The notes beneath the pieces are model-generated. The model was given only the letters and a program-made list of their open reading frames with translations, did not search any database and was not told the origin of the DNA. This document shows positions 1 through 12,864 of a stretch of DNA of 64,000 nt, piece by piece (the stretch's first letter is position 1; each line of letters opens with the position of its first letter). This DNA comes from Octopus sinensis (taxonomy: Eukaryota): NCBI RefSeq assembly GCF_006345805.1, contig NC_043005.1, positions 71,176,001 through 71,240,000 on the forward strand, in the 5' to 3' direction. The position numbers were made by a program, and so were the translations under genes.

Positions 1-399
1 TGACAGAATTGATATAAGGGAAGAGTGGGCTGCTTTGCACCTTATTTATAAAAGAATGGGAACTCTGGAACTTTTGATGTCATGTTTATTTTACGTTATG
101 CAATTCTTAGAGAAATTAAGTAAATCTTGAATGCGACTTTGTTCTGATGCTAAATTGCAATTAAAGATCAAAAGCGAGAAGAAAATGAGATCAATCTTAG
201 GGCAAATAAAAGAGCATAAATTTATAAATGTGCAACTTCATTATCCTCTCTTAGTATTCTTATGAATATTAGAAAGTAACTCGGTAATATAATGTCACCA
301 CATACTTGAAGGGGACACGATTTCCTTTGCAAACCTTGTTTTCTAGCCTGCAATCTTCCATAACGTAAATGAACGTTATGAGGTTTCTTCCTAATATAT

Positions 400-612
400 G
401 TATGTGTGTGCATGTACGTATGTATGTATGCATGTGTGTGTGTGTGTGTAGCTATATACATTTACACAAACACACACACATATACACACATACACAAACA
501 TACACACACGCATGCATGCACACACACATACACATACATGTACACACAACACACATTGAATGATTCATAAAGCGTGATTCTGAAAGAAATATATATATTT
601 CATATATACACA

Positions 613-650
<38 letters not shown>

Positions 651-890
651 ATGCATGTATGTATACTTGTATGTGTGTATGTGTGTATGTATTCACACAA
701 ACGTATATATACACACATATATGTATATATATGCATGGATGTGTGTGTACATATATATATATATTTATGTATATATATATATATGCATGTATGTATATAC
801 CTGCAAACACACACATATACACACGTGTACACACACACATATGAACACATACATACACACACACTCACTCACGTGCACACATGCATATAA
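400..890. repeat. Compound (AT)n/(AC)n/(ATGT)n microsatellite tract
   Basis: Directly visible di- and tetranucleotide arrays. They explain the overlapping YIYI/HTHT ORFs. Confidence 0.95.
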
Positions 891-1485
891 CACTTTCTTT
901 TATAATTCTTTAGTGGATTCTTGATATCAACAACTAAAAATGTGGAAAACATCATTTTATTGTTTATATCATTGTTATATATTTTTGCTAATTACATTAA
1001 CTAAGTTCAAGCATGTTTCCAAAATTGCTGAAACAAATTAAAGACCAGCATCTATCATTTGGTAATTTTATTCTATTCTAGTAAAGCATTAGTGACACAT
1101 GAAAAATGCTTCTGCACATGTGTATATATGTATATAATGTATATGTTTATAGATATACATACACTCATACACACACATATATATTTATACTTATTTGTAT
1201 GCATGTATGTATATACATATATTGCTGTTAGTGCAACATAATTGTCATTATGTTTTACATTGTTAGGTGTTTTTATACACTTAAAAATTCCTCAAAAACT
1301 GAATATTTCTAGCCTGCTTTGTTGTATTCTAATACTTGATATTATACTAAGAAGATATTCACGTTGTGTCTATCAGATAATTCACTATTTCCATAACAAT
1401 ATGTATGTGTGCATGGTCATATATATTTATATATATACACATACATATATATATAATATACATATATATACATACATATATATAT

Positions 1486-1526
<41 letters not shown>

Positions 1527-1675
1527 ACAGCATCAAATTAGTAGTTGTTTGATTATTCGGTACAATCTTTAATGCAATTTGTGCCCTGAGTTCTAATCTT
1601 GAATACATCATCTGTTAAGTATATATATCTACATTTAGATATAAATGAATTTTGTATGTATGTATGTATGAATGT

Positions 1676-1729
<54 letters not shown>

Positions 1730-1748
1730 GGATAGATAGATTGATAGA

Positions 1749-1820
<72 letters not shown>

Positions 1821-1821
1821 T

Positions 1822-1985
1822 ACACTCTTAGAGTGGTTCGCATTAGGAAGGGCATCCAGCCATAAAAACCATGCCAAATCAGACTGGAATCTGGTGCAGC
1901 CCTCAGCTTACCAGCCCTGGTCAAACCATCCAAACCATGCCAGCATGGACAATGGATGCTAAATGATGATGATAATGATGCTGAT
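1822..1985 (+). mobile_element. RTE LINE 3'-tail fragment
   Basis: cactcttagagtggttcgcattaggaagggcatccagc...gatgatgat matches the 3' terminus of the RTE copy at 26985-27143. Confidence 0.8.
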
Positions 1986-2061
1986 ACATACGTACATATT
2001 TATATAAATATATAAATGCTTATTTATATACAATTATATAAATGCTAATATATATATATAT

Positions 2062-2143
2062 AAAGACTTTCTCACCTCCCCAAGCATTAATCTAATACAC
2101 CTGTTTGTTGTTTATACACCTGTCTTCATCATTTGTTTTTCTG

Positions 2144-2148
<5 letters not shown>
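2062..2148 (+). mobile_element. Short Penelope-like (pLTR-type) repeat fragment, family H2
   Basis: aaagactt...taatacacctgtttgttgtttatacacctgtcttc is homologous to 8852-8945 and to the reverse complement of 3495-3590. It is flanked by (TA)n. Confidence 0.6.
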
Positions 2149-2181
<33 letters not shown>

Positions 2182-2189
2182 TATGTATG

Positions 2190-2546
2190 TATAAAACAAG
2201 AAGGAAGATGGAGATAAGATGAATAAAAATTTATTAACACATTGACAAGACCTACAATTGTTTTAATTCATCACTTACAGTATCACTGATGATATTCTGG
2301 CTAATAATAATTAACCAAATTGATTTGATTAAATTAAATTCGATTGATTTTATACTATAAGATATGAAATGAAACAACTGTAGGTCTTATCAATGTATTA
2401 ATAAATTTTTATTAATCTTACCTCCATCTTCTTTCTTGGTTTTTATAATAATACGTGTGTGACTGTGCCTATATTATAAAGTATGCAACTAGTCTAATCC
2501 TCGATATTTCTATCCCTCAGAGCTTTATATATCCTCACTTGTACTC

Positions 2547-2550
<4 letters not shown>
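2190..2550. mobile_element. Inverted-repeat element with hammerhead-like core (Penelope-like remnant)
   Basis: ~90 bp imperfect inverted arms (2190-2280 vs 2363-2447). CTGATGA at 2286 and GAAACAACTGTA at 2371. Flanked by (TA)n. Confidence 0.5.
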
Positions 2551-2580
<30 letters not shown>

Positions 2581-2805
2581 TAATAATAATATTAGGGAGT
2601 ATAACTCCAAACTAACAGTAATTTGAATTTAATTTATAGCCATGAAATGTACATTGTTTTTTTACTTATTATATATTGTTTATTCATTTTTGTACTTTTT
2701 AAGATCTAGTAATATGTTTTAAAATATATTTTATTTTTTTATATGATATGGTTTATGTCTATCATTGTTTGAATTGCATAGAAGTGGTTTTTCTCTAATT
2801 CATAT

Positions 2806-2838
<33 letters not shown>

Positions 2839-3350
2839 TTATATATATGTATATGTTTATATAAATATTTATATACAAGCATTTATATATATTTATAGAT
2901 ATCTTCATGATAATTACTATTTTGATGTCTTCTTTTCCCTCTTTGAATACATTAGGTAACAGTTATTAAAGCAGATTTTGTATTTTCTATTAGATGAATA
3001 TTCTTCTTATCACTAGTTCGCTTCTGTTTTCAAGCAACGTAATATTTCCCATGAGGGTATATGGAAGATTGCAAATAGATGTTTGTCATAATATAGAAAT
3101 GTACACATACAGGCATGCGCATGCACACACATTCATGCAAATTCCTATGAACAACATGCTTCTTGTTCATTTCTTGTCAATCAAATCCACTTCCAAGTTT
3201 TCGGTCGACCTGCTGCTATAATAGAAAACATTTACACAAGATGGTGTACAGTGGGACTGCAGATGTGTGCAGCTGTAAGGCAAACTTCTCATACAAATGG
3301 CTATGCCTGCACAAGTATCTGTGTGTGCATATATATAATATATATATATA

Positions 3351-3381
<31 letters not shown>

Positions 3382-3492
3382 CACATACTGACACACATAT
3401 ATATATATATATATATATATCATCATCGTCATTACATATATACATGTGCCCACATATACATGCGCCCACATATACATATATATATATATATA

Positions 3493-3689
3493 TAGGGAAA
3501 GTTTACGAAAAAAAAACAAAAAGCAAAGTCAGGTGGTGTACAAAACAAACAGATGTATTAGTATAACGCTCAAGAATAGAAAAAATCTTTTACGTTTCGA
3601 GCCTACGCTCTTCTACAGAAAGGTACTCAGAAAAAAACAAGGAGAGAAAGAGATGTGTGTAGTGGCTAATGATCTATCATGACGTCTGA

Positions 3690-3691
<2 letters not shown>
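3493..3691 (-). mobile_element. Hammerhead-bearing short repeat (family H2, Penelope-like)
   Basis: Minus strand 3587-3622 reads cttt-CTGTAGA-A-GAGC-gtag-GCTC-GAAA-CGTA-aaag. Embedded in (TA)n. Confidence 0.65.
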
Positions 3692-3732
<41 letters not shown>

Positions 3733-4324
3733 GTAAGTATGTTCATATACATGTGTATATATGCATATATATGCATATATATTTATATATATATATATAT
3801 TATATGATTGAATGCCACACATCTTCTTCCTTGTAAGTTTATCTTAATAATTCCGATGCACACTCTATACAATCTTTTAACTCTTTCGTTTTCCTATCTT
3901 TCTTTCTTCTCCTAACTTGTGTTTCTTTCTTTCTCTCTGTTGTAGCTGGAACAAGGAACACATGTTCCTGTTTGTCTGCTGTCCAAGCTTGGTTTACACC
4001 TTCACCACCACAACCTCATTTAAGTTTAGCAGCTCTTCCTGTTTGTTTTCACTGACCTATTTGTGTTACCAATTTTGATCCTCTACAAAATCCCAAATTT
4101 TATTTAATTAGCTTTGTGGGAGCAACTGTTATATCGCAAGCATATATAGTTGTTAAATGCTCAAAATCGAGACTAGAAAAACAGTCAGCAACTGATGAAT
4201 TGTCATTCTTTATGTTGTTTGTTTTGTTTTCCATTTGTGTCATTTGTTGTTTGAAAGAATAGTTCATGTTCCATGAACTCATGCTTTGTATCTATTGTTG
4301 TACACATTTCATGACATCCCGTGC

Positions 4325-4371
<47 letters not shown>

Positions 4372-4452
4372 TATACATATATCTACATATATATATGTAC
4401 TAGCATACACACTTCTGAAAATATAAATTTGTGTTCATAATTTGCATGCAAT

Positions 4453-4552
4453 NNNNNNNNNNNNNNNNNNNNNNNNNNNNNNNNNNNNNNNNNNNNNNNN
4501 NNNNNNNNNNNNNNNNNNNNNNNNNNNNNNNNNNNNNNNNNNNNNNNNNNNN
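4453..4552. other. Assembly gap (100 N)
   Basis: Run of N characters. Confidence 1.
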
Positions 4553-5056
4553 TCAAAGTAAATTATGAAAACAAAATGTAAAATGGAAATATAAACTAGA
4601 AAAATATATCATACTTCATTTTCTTTGTATTAAATGTATAATTTCAATAAAACTGCATTTTTATGGGAAACAGGTGATAAAGCCATAAAAATGTATTGGT
4701 TCTAAGAGGTTTGAAATGGCTGCAAATACATGAATTGGAAAAGTTGTATGTTTTTATCAAATATTTTCATCATTTATTATCATAAACGTCATCTCATTCA
4801 TCATGTTTTTTTTATCTTGTACGTTTTGCTTGTGTCAGTCATTGGACTGCAGCCATGCTAGGACTCTGCCTTGAAGGGTTCAGTTGAACAATTCAATCAC
4901 AGTTGTCAAGCAGTTGTAGGGGGACAAACATAAACATGAAGAACCACACCTAAATATATACATGCATGCATGTGTGTGCGTGTGTGTATATGTATATATA
5001 TATATGCATTTATATACACACACACACATGTACACACATACACACACACAGATATA

Positions 5057-5105
<49 letters not shown>

Positions 5106-5270
5106 GGATGGATATATATATGCATATGTATATATAAATGTATGCATATATATCTATATCTACATATATATATATGCATGTATGTATGTATGTATGTATG
5201 TGTATATGCATGTGTATAAGTGTCTGTGTGTCTGTGTGTATGTGCATGTATATCCATATATAAATTAATT

Positions 5271-5657
5271 CTTTTATTCTTGTATTTGTTTCAGTCATTT
5301 GACTGCAGCCATGCTGGAGCACCGCCCTTAATTGAACAAATCGACCCCAGGACTTATTCTTTGTAAGCCTAGTACTTATTCTATCAGTCTCTTCTGCCGA
5401 ACTGTTAAGTTACCTGGATGTAAACACACCAACATCGATTGTCAAGTGATGGTGGGGTACAAAAACAAACATACACACACACACACACACATACATACAA
5501 TGGGCTTCTTTCAGTTTCCATCTGCCAAATCCACTCACAAAGCTTTGGTCAGCCCGAGGCTATAGTAGAAGACACATGCCCAAGGTGTCACGAAGTGTGA
5601 CTGAGCCCGGAGCCATGTGGTTGGTAAGCAAGCTACTTACCACACAGCTACTCCTAC
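5271..5657 (-). mobile_element. tRNA-derived SINE, family A
   Basis: Reverse complement of the head ggagtggctgtgtggtaag...ggttcagtccc, internal (AC/AT)n, and tail gctccagcatggctgcagtcaaatgactgaaac. Partial copies at 4818-4950 and 5685-5830. Confidence 0.9.
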
Positions 5658-5834
5658 ATACAAACATACATACATATAGACATCATAGGCTTCTATTCAG
5701 TTTCAGTCTACCAAATTCATTGACAAGTCATTGGTGAGCCGAGGCCTATAGTAGAAGACACTTGACCAAGGTGCCATGCAGTGGAATTGAAACTGCAACC
5801 ATGTGGTTACAAAGCAAACTTCTTCACCGCACAT

Positions 5835-5852
5835 CCATCGTCGTCGTCGTCG

Positions 5853-5938
<86 letters not shown>

Positions 5939-6795
5939 TTTGTGTGGGTTCAGAACTCTACTTTGCACCTGTGAAGTGTCAGATTTTGGTCCTAGACTAT
6001 GGCATCTGCTGCCATGTCATGTTATTGAAATTGTGTTGATGGAGACTGTGTAGAAGCCTATCAGCTTGGCTATAATTGTTATTCAAGGATGCAGTCTCGT
6101 GAAACACTGTGTAGCATTAGTTCTACTTGAGAATTACATTCATGCCACACGTGTCTGTGGAGTACTCGGTGTTTTTCAACATGCTTTACGACTGGATTCT
6201 CATAAGTTACTCTCGGCATACGAGCCCATTCTCATCATCACCACCATTGTCACCACCACCACCACTACCATTATCATCATCATTATCACCACCACCATCA
6301 CCATCATCATCATCATCGCCACAATTGTCACCACCACAACCACCACCACCATTACCCTCATCATTATCATCATCATCACCATTACCACCACCATTCTCAT
6401 CACCATCATCATCATCATCATCATCATCACTATCATCACCACCATTATCATCATTACAATCAGCATCATCATCAGCATCATCATCATCACCATCACCAAT
6501 CTCATCACCATCATCACCACCATTATCCTCATTACTATCATCATCATCATCACCATCACCATCACCATTTTCAATAGCATCATCATCATACCTACAATCT
6601 TCACCACCATCATCATCATCATCATCATTGTCGTCGACATCGTTATCATCATCATCACCAGTCTCATCATCACCATCATCCCCACCACCACTACCATTGT
6701 CATTGTCGTCATCATTGTCATCGTCATCATAATCATCATTATCATAATTATCATCATCATCATCATCATAATTACAATTATTATTGTTGTCACCG
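5835..6795. repeat. (ATT)n and degenerate (ATC/ACC)n trinucleotide arrays
   Basis: Visible arrays at 5835-5937 and 6228-6795. They produce the poly-I/S/M ORFs. Confidence 0.95.
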
Positions 6796-7370
6796 TATTC
6801 AGATCTTTTTTACTTTTTTTTTTTGTTTTTGCTTTGCTCTAAGACTTCACTTTATTCCAAACATTACCAAGCAAAAATTCTTTCCTCAGAGTTCTTGTCA
6901 ATAAGGCTTTTATTTATATGCAGATGTCTGCTTTTGATATTTAAAGGTAGACAAGCAAAAATGTTCGTCTTTGTTAAATTTTATATTTTATTCGTTTTCA
7001 CATTTTTCACAAAATTTTACATCAAAATGTCTACCAGACATTGCCCTCAGAGGAATACAGCACTGATCAAAATAAACATAAATATAAATGAATAAATAAA
7101 TAAATAAATAAATATATAAAAGAGCTCAGGAATAAATTGCATCATAAAGTGGGCACTGACAGCAAAATGAAAAATTTAATGAATATTTAAATGACAATTT
7201 AATAGAAAAAGAAATAATTTTAAATAGTTCGACAAATATTTTGAAATTAGCAACCACGACCACAACAACAACAACAACAACAACAATAACAGCACTTAAA
7301 AATGCAGTTGAATATGTTAGATAATGGATATAGAAGCAGTATTAAAACAGTCGGTTTTTTGCCTCTGATG

Positions 7371-7463
7371 TTAAACATATGGAGCTTCAAACATGATGAA
7401 GCTCCCAGAGACATCGACCACGAGGACTGTGTACAATTGAATGGTGCTGCTTTCTGCAAGGAT
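7371..7463 (-). CDS. Candidate terminal coding exon of an unidentified host gene
   Basis: CT-rich tract ending ctctctgatcAG acceptor, followed by unique mixed-composition sequence. Phase 0 reads ILAESSTIQLYTVLVVDVSGSFIMFEAPYV*; an alternative phase reads xPCRKQHHSIVHSPRGRCLWELHHV*. AT-rich UTR-like sequence follows. No homologue recognised. Confidence 0.3.
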   Translation of the reverse strand: MLAESSTIQLYTVLVVDVSGSFIMFEAPYV

Positions 7464-7558
7464 CTGATCAGAGAGAGAGACAGACAGTGGGGAGAGAGAG
7501 AGAGAGAGAGAGTGATGGAAGTGACAAGATAACACATTCTGTACTGCAAAAAAGACTA

Positions 7559-8130
7559 GGCGCAGGAGTGGCTGTGTGGTAAGTAGCTTGCTTACCAACC
7601 ACATGGTTCCGGGTTCAGTCCCACTGCGTGGCATCTTGGGCAAGTGTCTTCTGCTATAGCCTCGGGCCGACCAATGCCTTGTGAGTGGATTTGGTAGACG
7701 GAAACTGAAGGAAGCCTGTCGTATATCTGTATATATATATATATGTGTTTGTGTTTCTGTGTTTGTCCCCCAAACAACGCTTGATAACCGATGCTGGTGT
7801 GTTTATGCCCCTGTAACTTAGTAGTTCGGCAAAAGAGACCTCAGGCCGACTGAATCCTTGTGAGTAGATTTGGTAGACAGAAACTGAAAGAAGCCTGTCG
7901 TATATATGTTTATATATATTTATGTGTCTGTGTATTGTTCCCCTAGCGTTGCTTGACAACCGATGCTGGTGTGTTTATGTTCCCGTCACTTAGCGGTTTG
8001 GCAAAAGAGACCGATAGAATAAATACTAGGCTTACAATGAATAAGTCACGGGGTCGATGTGTTCGACTAAAGGTGGTGCTCCAGCATGGCTGCAGTCAAA
8101 TGACTGAAACATGTAAAAGAGTAAAGAGAA
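7559..8130 (+). mobile_element. tRNA-derived SINE family A with internal tandem duplication
   Basis: Full head ggcgcaggagtggctgtgtggtaag and tail gtaaaagagtaaagag. Segment ~7660-7840 is repeated at ~7840-8010. Confidence 0.9.
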
Positions 8131-8291
8131 AGTGTTTCCATTTCCTCTTGAAACAGCAGCTAGATGTGCTCCACAGATTATTGGAAAATATCCTCTTGAT
8201 AGAATTAGTTAAAGTTTTATGCTTCTTTAAGAGAGAAGACTCAGCCAAATCATAAAAGAGATAATCAACATCCTTTAACCTATAGAATTGT

Positions 8292-8374
8292 ACAGTTCTA
8301 TATTTAAGAGATGAGGAATCATTTACATTTGACAGATATTTGTCCTCATTTTGTTTGTTGTTAACACAATGTTT
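8292..8374 (-). mobile_element. Tail fragment of hammerhead SINE (family H1)
   Basis: cagttctatatttaagagatgaggaat...gttaacacaatgttt matches 44438-44542. Confidence 0.75.
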
Positions 8375-8507
8375 CTCTATAAGTGTGGATTCGTGTCTCC
8401 ACATGTGTCCTTGTGTGGAGTAAAGTGTGTGTGTATAAGGCACAAAAAGAAAATGACTCTCCCCAGACACAACAGTATATATATCTATATATATATATAT
8501 ATATACC

Positions 8508-8746
8508 GGCGGCGGCGGCGGCGGCGGCGGCAGCATCCGTCCATCTCGAGAGATGATGGTGTAGCTCAGAAAAGGTGGTGGGTTTATCTGCACTTCCTGG
8601 TGTGGCTGTGCAGACCAATCATTGAATGGCAGTCTCTACCACATCTGGTGCAAGTGAAAGGGGATGAGAGCTGTGGTTGCTGCTGTTGCTCCTTTCACCT
8701 GGTTCTCTTTAGTTTGGCAGTAGTGGTCCTCAGGTTCTCTGCTGTC
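8508..8746 (-). mobile_element. RTE-clade LINE extreme 3' end with C-terminal zinc finger and (GCC)n tail
   Basis: Minus strand encodes FTCTRCGRDCHSMIGLHSHTRKCR*, then a short UTR (atcatctctcgagatggacgg) and (gcc)n. Confidence 0.75.
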
Positions 8747-8772
8747 ATATATATATATATATATATATATAT

Positions 8773-8955
8773 AGCTCCTACATGCATTTTTTTCTCTCCT
8801 TGTTTCTTTTTCTGTGTGTCTTTCTGTCGAAGAGCGTAGGCTCAAAACGTAAAAGACTTGTTCTATTTCTATTCCTGAGTGCCATATTAATACATTTGTT
8901 TGTTTGTACTCCACCTGCCTTAGTCTTTTGTTTATTTTCGTAAACCTTCCCCTTA
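8773..8955 (+). mobile_element. Hammerhead-bearing short repeat (family H2)
   Basis: 8818-8857 reads GTCTTT-CTGTCGA-A-GAGC-gtag-GCTC-AAAA-CGTA-AAAGAC, with a perfect 6-bp stem I and 4-bp stem II. Confidence 0.7.
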
Positions 8956-8967
8956 TATATATATATA

Positions 8968-9368
8968 TTAGCAGTATCGCCTGGCATTGCTTGGGTTTGT
9001 AAGGGAAATAACTATATAAGCATTTTTAGAGAGTTATAACCAAAAAATAGCAAAAAAAGGCATTAAAAATGGAAAAAAAATTATGGTAAATTTTTTTATA
9101 AATCGTTGACTCATCGTAGACATTTTTAGAGAGTTACTTCCCTTATATAATAGCGAAAACATGCATTAGAATGGAAAAAAATGATGGTAAATTTTTTTTT
9201 AAATCGTAGACTCATCGTAGACGCACGCTAATACCCAGAAGGGCTCGATATGAATCACAACTATAAGATACCCGGTTTTGGTTAAACTGCACCGCAAAAT
9301 GTGGGAGTAGTTAGGAATCTAAATCGTAGGAGACAGACACCACACAACCTTACTTTTATATATAAAGA
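8968..9368 (-). mobile_element. Non-autonomous Helitron-like element
   Basis: Minus strand starts TCTTTATATATAAAAG and ends with a GC-rich subterminal hairpin-like segment (acccaagcaatgccaggcga) followed by CTAA (CTRR). It has an internal ~100 bp duplication. Confidence 0.65.
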
Positions 9369-10389
9369 TATACATCTCTGCCATTAAGTTCCATAAAATA
9401 TTTCATCATCACTGCCATACTTATTTCTATGAAATTATCCATTGCCATTTACTCCCGCATAACTACCAAACAAGAAGTATTGCTGACTTGAATTTTGAAT
9501 CACCCTTCTGTTGAGTATCAATTCATCAGAAGAGCTTTATCTATAACATACAGAATAATAATTTCCCATGAAAGCTAAAAAGCATATTTTCGTTGTCAAA
9601 TTTCAAAAAAATCATCAAAATCCCACCTGCTGAACCAAATTCATTTATAAACTTTATTTTATAGATCTACAGTTTTTATAACATTTATATTTTTATATTT
9701 CCAGACTTAAAGAGATTTGCTTTTTATATACATTTTTGACTACCTTGCTTGCATGAAAAGGATGTTTTTTTTTTATAATTACTAACCTATTTATTTTTTA
9801 TTTTTTGACCTCCTACCAATTTGTCCAAATCAACCAAGCATTCAAAAGGCTTGATCTGATTTTTTATGCAATTTCTGAAAAAACTTTTTTTGTAATCATT
9901 ACTTATTGTAATCAATAAAAAATATTTGATGTAACTGGATTAATAAATTTATTTATTTATTATTAAGAGATAGATTATATATATAAAAAAAACTTGGTTC
10001 AATTTTTTAAAAATTCCCTTTTCAATATCCAATCACCCCCACTACCACCATCTCCACCACCACCATCTCTCCCATCCCCCACCTCCTCTCTTTCCCTTCT
10101 TTCTCCCCTTATCTCTCTTCTTCTTTCACCTTCTTTCTGTCTCACACTTCACCTTATCCTCTTTTTCTCTCCCCTTTTCCTTTTCCTCCTCTTTCCCTTC
10201 AGCTAATCACATGATGGCATTACAGTTACATCCCCCATACCTCATGTTATGGACGCTTCTCCCTCCCTCTTTTTTCCTCCTCCTTTTTCTCTTTCCCTGT
10301 TTTTACTCTCCTATTTCTCTAATCACATGAAAGCGTTACCAATGGGCTAAGTAACACAACAACAAGCAGAATTGTTATAAGATAATAAC

Positions 10390-10835
10390 AGTTTCAAATT
10401 TTGACCCAAAGCCAGCTGGTTCAGAAGATGGGTAAGTCAGTCACCCTAACCCCAATGTTCAACTGGCACCTATTTAATGAACTCTGAAATGATGAGAGCC
10501 CTTGGTAGAGTTTGAACTCAGAACATAAGGTGGGACAAAATTTTGTTAAGCATTTTACCCAACACACTAATGATTCTGTCAGCTAGTCACCTTAAACTAG
10601 CAATAATGATAATTCTTTCTCTTATAGGCACAAGGCCTGAAATTTTGGGGCTGGATTTGAGGGGGTAGATTGATTACATTGACCCCAGTACTTGACTGGT
10701 ACCTACTTTATCGACCCTTAAAGGATGAAAAGCAATGTCGACCTCGGTGGAATTTGAACTCAGAATGTAAAGGCTTATGAAATACTGCCAAGTATCTCGC
10801 CTAGCATGCTAACAATTCTCCCAGCTCACCACCTT
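10390..10835 (-). mobile_element. Two tandem degenerate SINE family B copies
   Basis: Reverse complement of gttctgagttcaaattccaccgaggtcgac...gtcgataaagtaggtaccag...ggccttgtgcctataag. Confidence 0.8.
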
Positions 10836-10836
10836 A

Positions 10837-10871
<35 letters not shown>

Positions 10872-11679
10872 AATAATGATAATAATAATAATAATATTTA
10901 TGACCCTCTGACCGTTTTTCAGTTTGTGTGTCACTTCACCTGTTTGTGTCTTTAGAGGGAAAAAAATCTTGTTTTGTTGTCCCTTGATAATTTTGGCTCA
11001 GAATTGGGAGCAGTTCATACAAATTCAAGTAAGAACAAAACGTCATACCATAATATTAATAATGGCTTAACATTTTGGCATAAGGCCAGCAACTTTGTAG
11101 GGAAGGGGGTAAGTCTCCCTGAAATATCCCCTGTGACTTTTCACATTTCCTAATGATTCATTTCTGCATTTTAGTTCTACTTCCCAAGATTGCATTGATT
11201 TTTTTTCTAAGAAACTGTTAATCTTGTCATTGGCCCCTAAGAGTTCTCAGTCACTCTAAGAACCAACAGAGCTGAACGTTATTGTGGGGTTTTTATTTGC
11301 TGTCTATCCAACCAACAGCTAATTTCTTTCTTTTTATATGTACCTCACTTAATATCATTCTGTCAATATACAACAAAACAACAGTTCCCCTTGGCTTCTT
11401 TCTTGCATCCCTTTTGCATTTCAGGTCATAGATTCTCCTTCTCCAGTAAGCTATATACAAGCCATATGCTATGTGGCTGGCCAGTTAATTTTTTTCATGT
11501 GTGCATGTATGTGTGTGCATGTGCATGTGTGTTACTTTGCTGAAGCAGCAGACTTCCTCAAATGATTTAGAGATGATGACGATAATGATGACGATGCCAA
11601 TAACGATGATGACAACTTCAATGATGATGGTGATACTGAAGACAATGGTGATGATGGTGATGTTAATAATAATGATGAT

Positions 11680-11831
11680 GCAGCTATGTGGTAAGAAGCA
11701 TGCTTACTAACCACATGGTTCCAGGTTCAGTCCCACTGTGTGACAGCTTGGACAAGTGTCTTCTACTATAGCCTCGGGCCAACCGAAACCTTGTGAGTAG
11801 ATTTGGTAGACGGAAACTGAAAGAAGCCTGT

Positions 11832-11888
<57 letters not shown>

Positions 11889-12110
11889 ATATGTTTGTGC
11901 CTGTGTTTGCCCCACAACCACCACCGCTTGAGAGCCGATGCTGGTGTGTTTACATCCTGGTAACTTTGCAGTGTTCGGCAAAAACAACCGATAGAATAAG
12001 GACTAGGCTTACAAAGAATAAGTCTTGGGGTCAATTTGTTCGACTAAAAAAGCAGTGCTCCAGCATGGCCACAGTCAAAAGACTGAAAGAAGTATAAAAG
12101 TAAAAGAATA
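11680..12110 (+). mobile_element. SINE family A
   Basis: Head, internal (AT)n and tail all match 7559-8130. Confidence 0.9.
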
Positions 12111-12216
12111 TGGAAGGTAATGGTTCTCACATACATATGTCGTACCCCTTAAATCAATCTCTTGCAAGGATGGTAAGCCAAGAATCACTTCCAAATAATT
12201 TTCAGTATTAATATTA

Positions 12217-12570
12217 TTATTACCTCCGCCTTAGCGAAGGCAGAGGTATTGTTTTCAGTTGTGTTTGTTTGTTTGTCTGTGGACAAGATATCTCAAGAAC
12301 TACTGGATGGATTCAGTTGAAACTTTCAGGGATGTTTGGCCTTGTGACTGGCATGAAGGGATTAGATTTGGGGATCAATCTGATACCAGACAAGGATTCT
12401 GAATTATTTTTCTATTGCTTTTCCTTAATTTTTGAGAGTGGTTGGGTGCATTTTTAGTATTCACATTTGTGAGAATTTCAGATATTCTCATTTTAAAAAT
12501 CATCTCTGGTTAATTGTTAAGAGGATGTTGGTGTTGCGTTGGCAGAGGTTTGTGCTCTCTGAGTGCTCTT
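12217..12570 (+). mobile_element. Helentron-associated non-autonomous element (HINE/DINE-like)
   Basis: Starts TTATTACCTCCGCC with a nearby inverted ggcagaggta, has a (GTTT)n tract, and ends ggcagaggtttgtgctctctgagtgctctt (subterminal IR plus hairpin). TT flanks. Confidence 0.65.
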
Positions 12571-12578
12571 ATTATTAT

Positions 12579-12792
12579 TAAGGCAGGAAGCTGACAGATT
12601 CGTTAGCATGCTGGGAAAAATGCTTGGCAGCATTTCATCTATCTTTAGGTTTTTGAGTCCAAATTCTTCCAAGACCTCTTTTGCCTTTCATCCTTTCTGG
12701 GTCGATGAATTAAGTACCAGTTGAATACTGGGGGTACTGTAACTGACTTGCCCCCTCCCACAAACCTACTGGCCTTGTGCCAAAATTTGAAA
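12579..12792 (+). mobile_element. SINE family B (Nin/Deu-domain-like core)
   Basis: aaggcaggaagctgacaga...gcctttcatcctttctgggtcgatgaattaagtaccag...ggccttgtgccaaaatttgaaa. Confidence 0.8.
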
Positions 12793-12864
12793 TTACTACT
12801 ACTACCACCACTACTGCTGCTGCCATCACCACTGCTGCTGCTACTACTACTACCACTACTCTGC

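Noticed and set aside
6066-6842. 258/201/197 aa ORFs
   Set aside because: Translations of degenerate (ATC/ACC)n repeats that are open in several frames on both strands. No domain content.
7559-7635. tRNA gene
   Set aside because: The tRNA-like sequence is the head of a multicopy SINE. No complete cloverleaf is evident. The same applies to 44690-44762.
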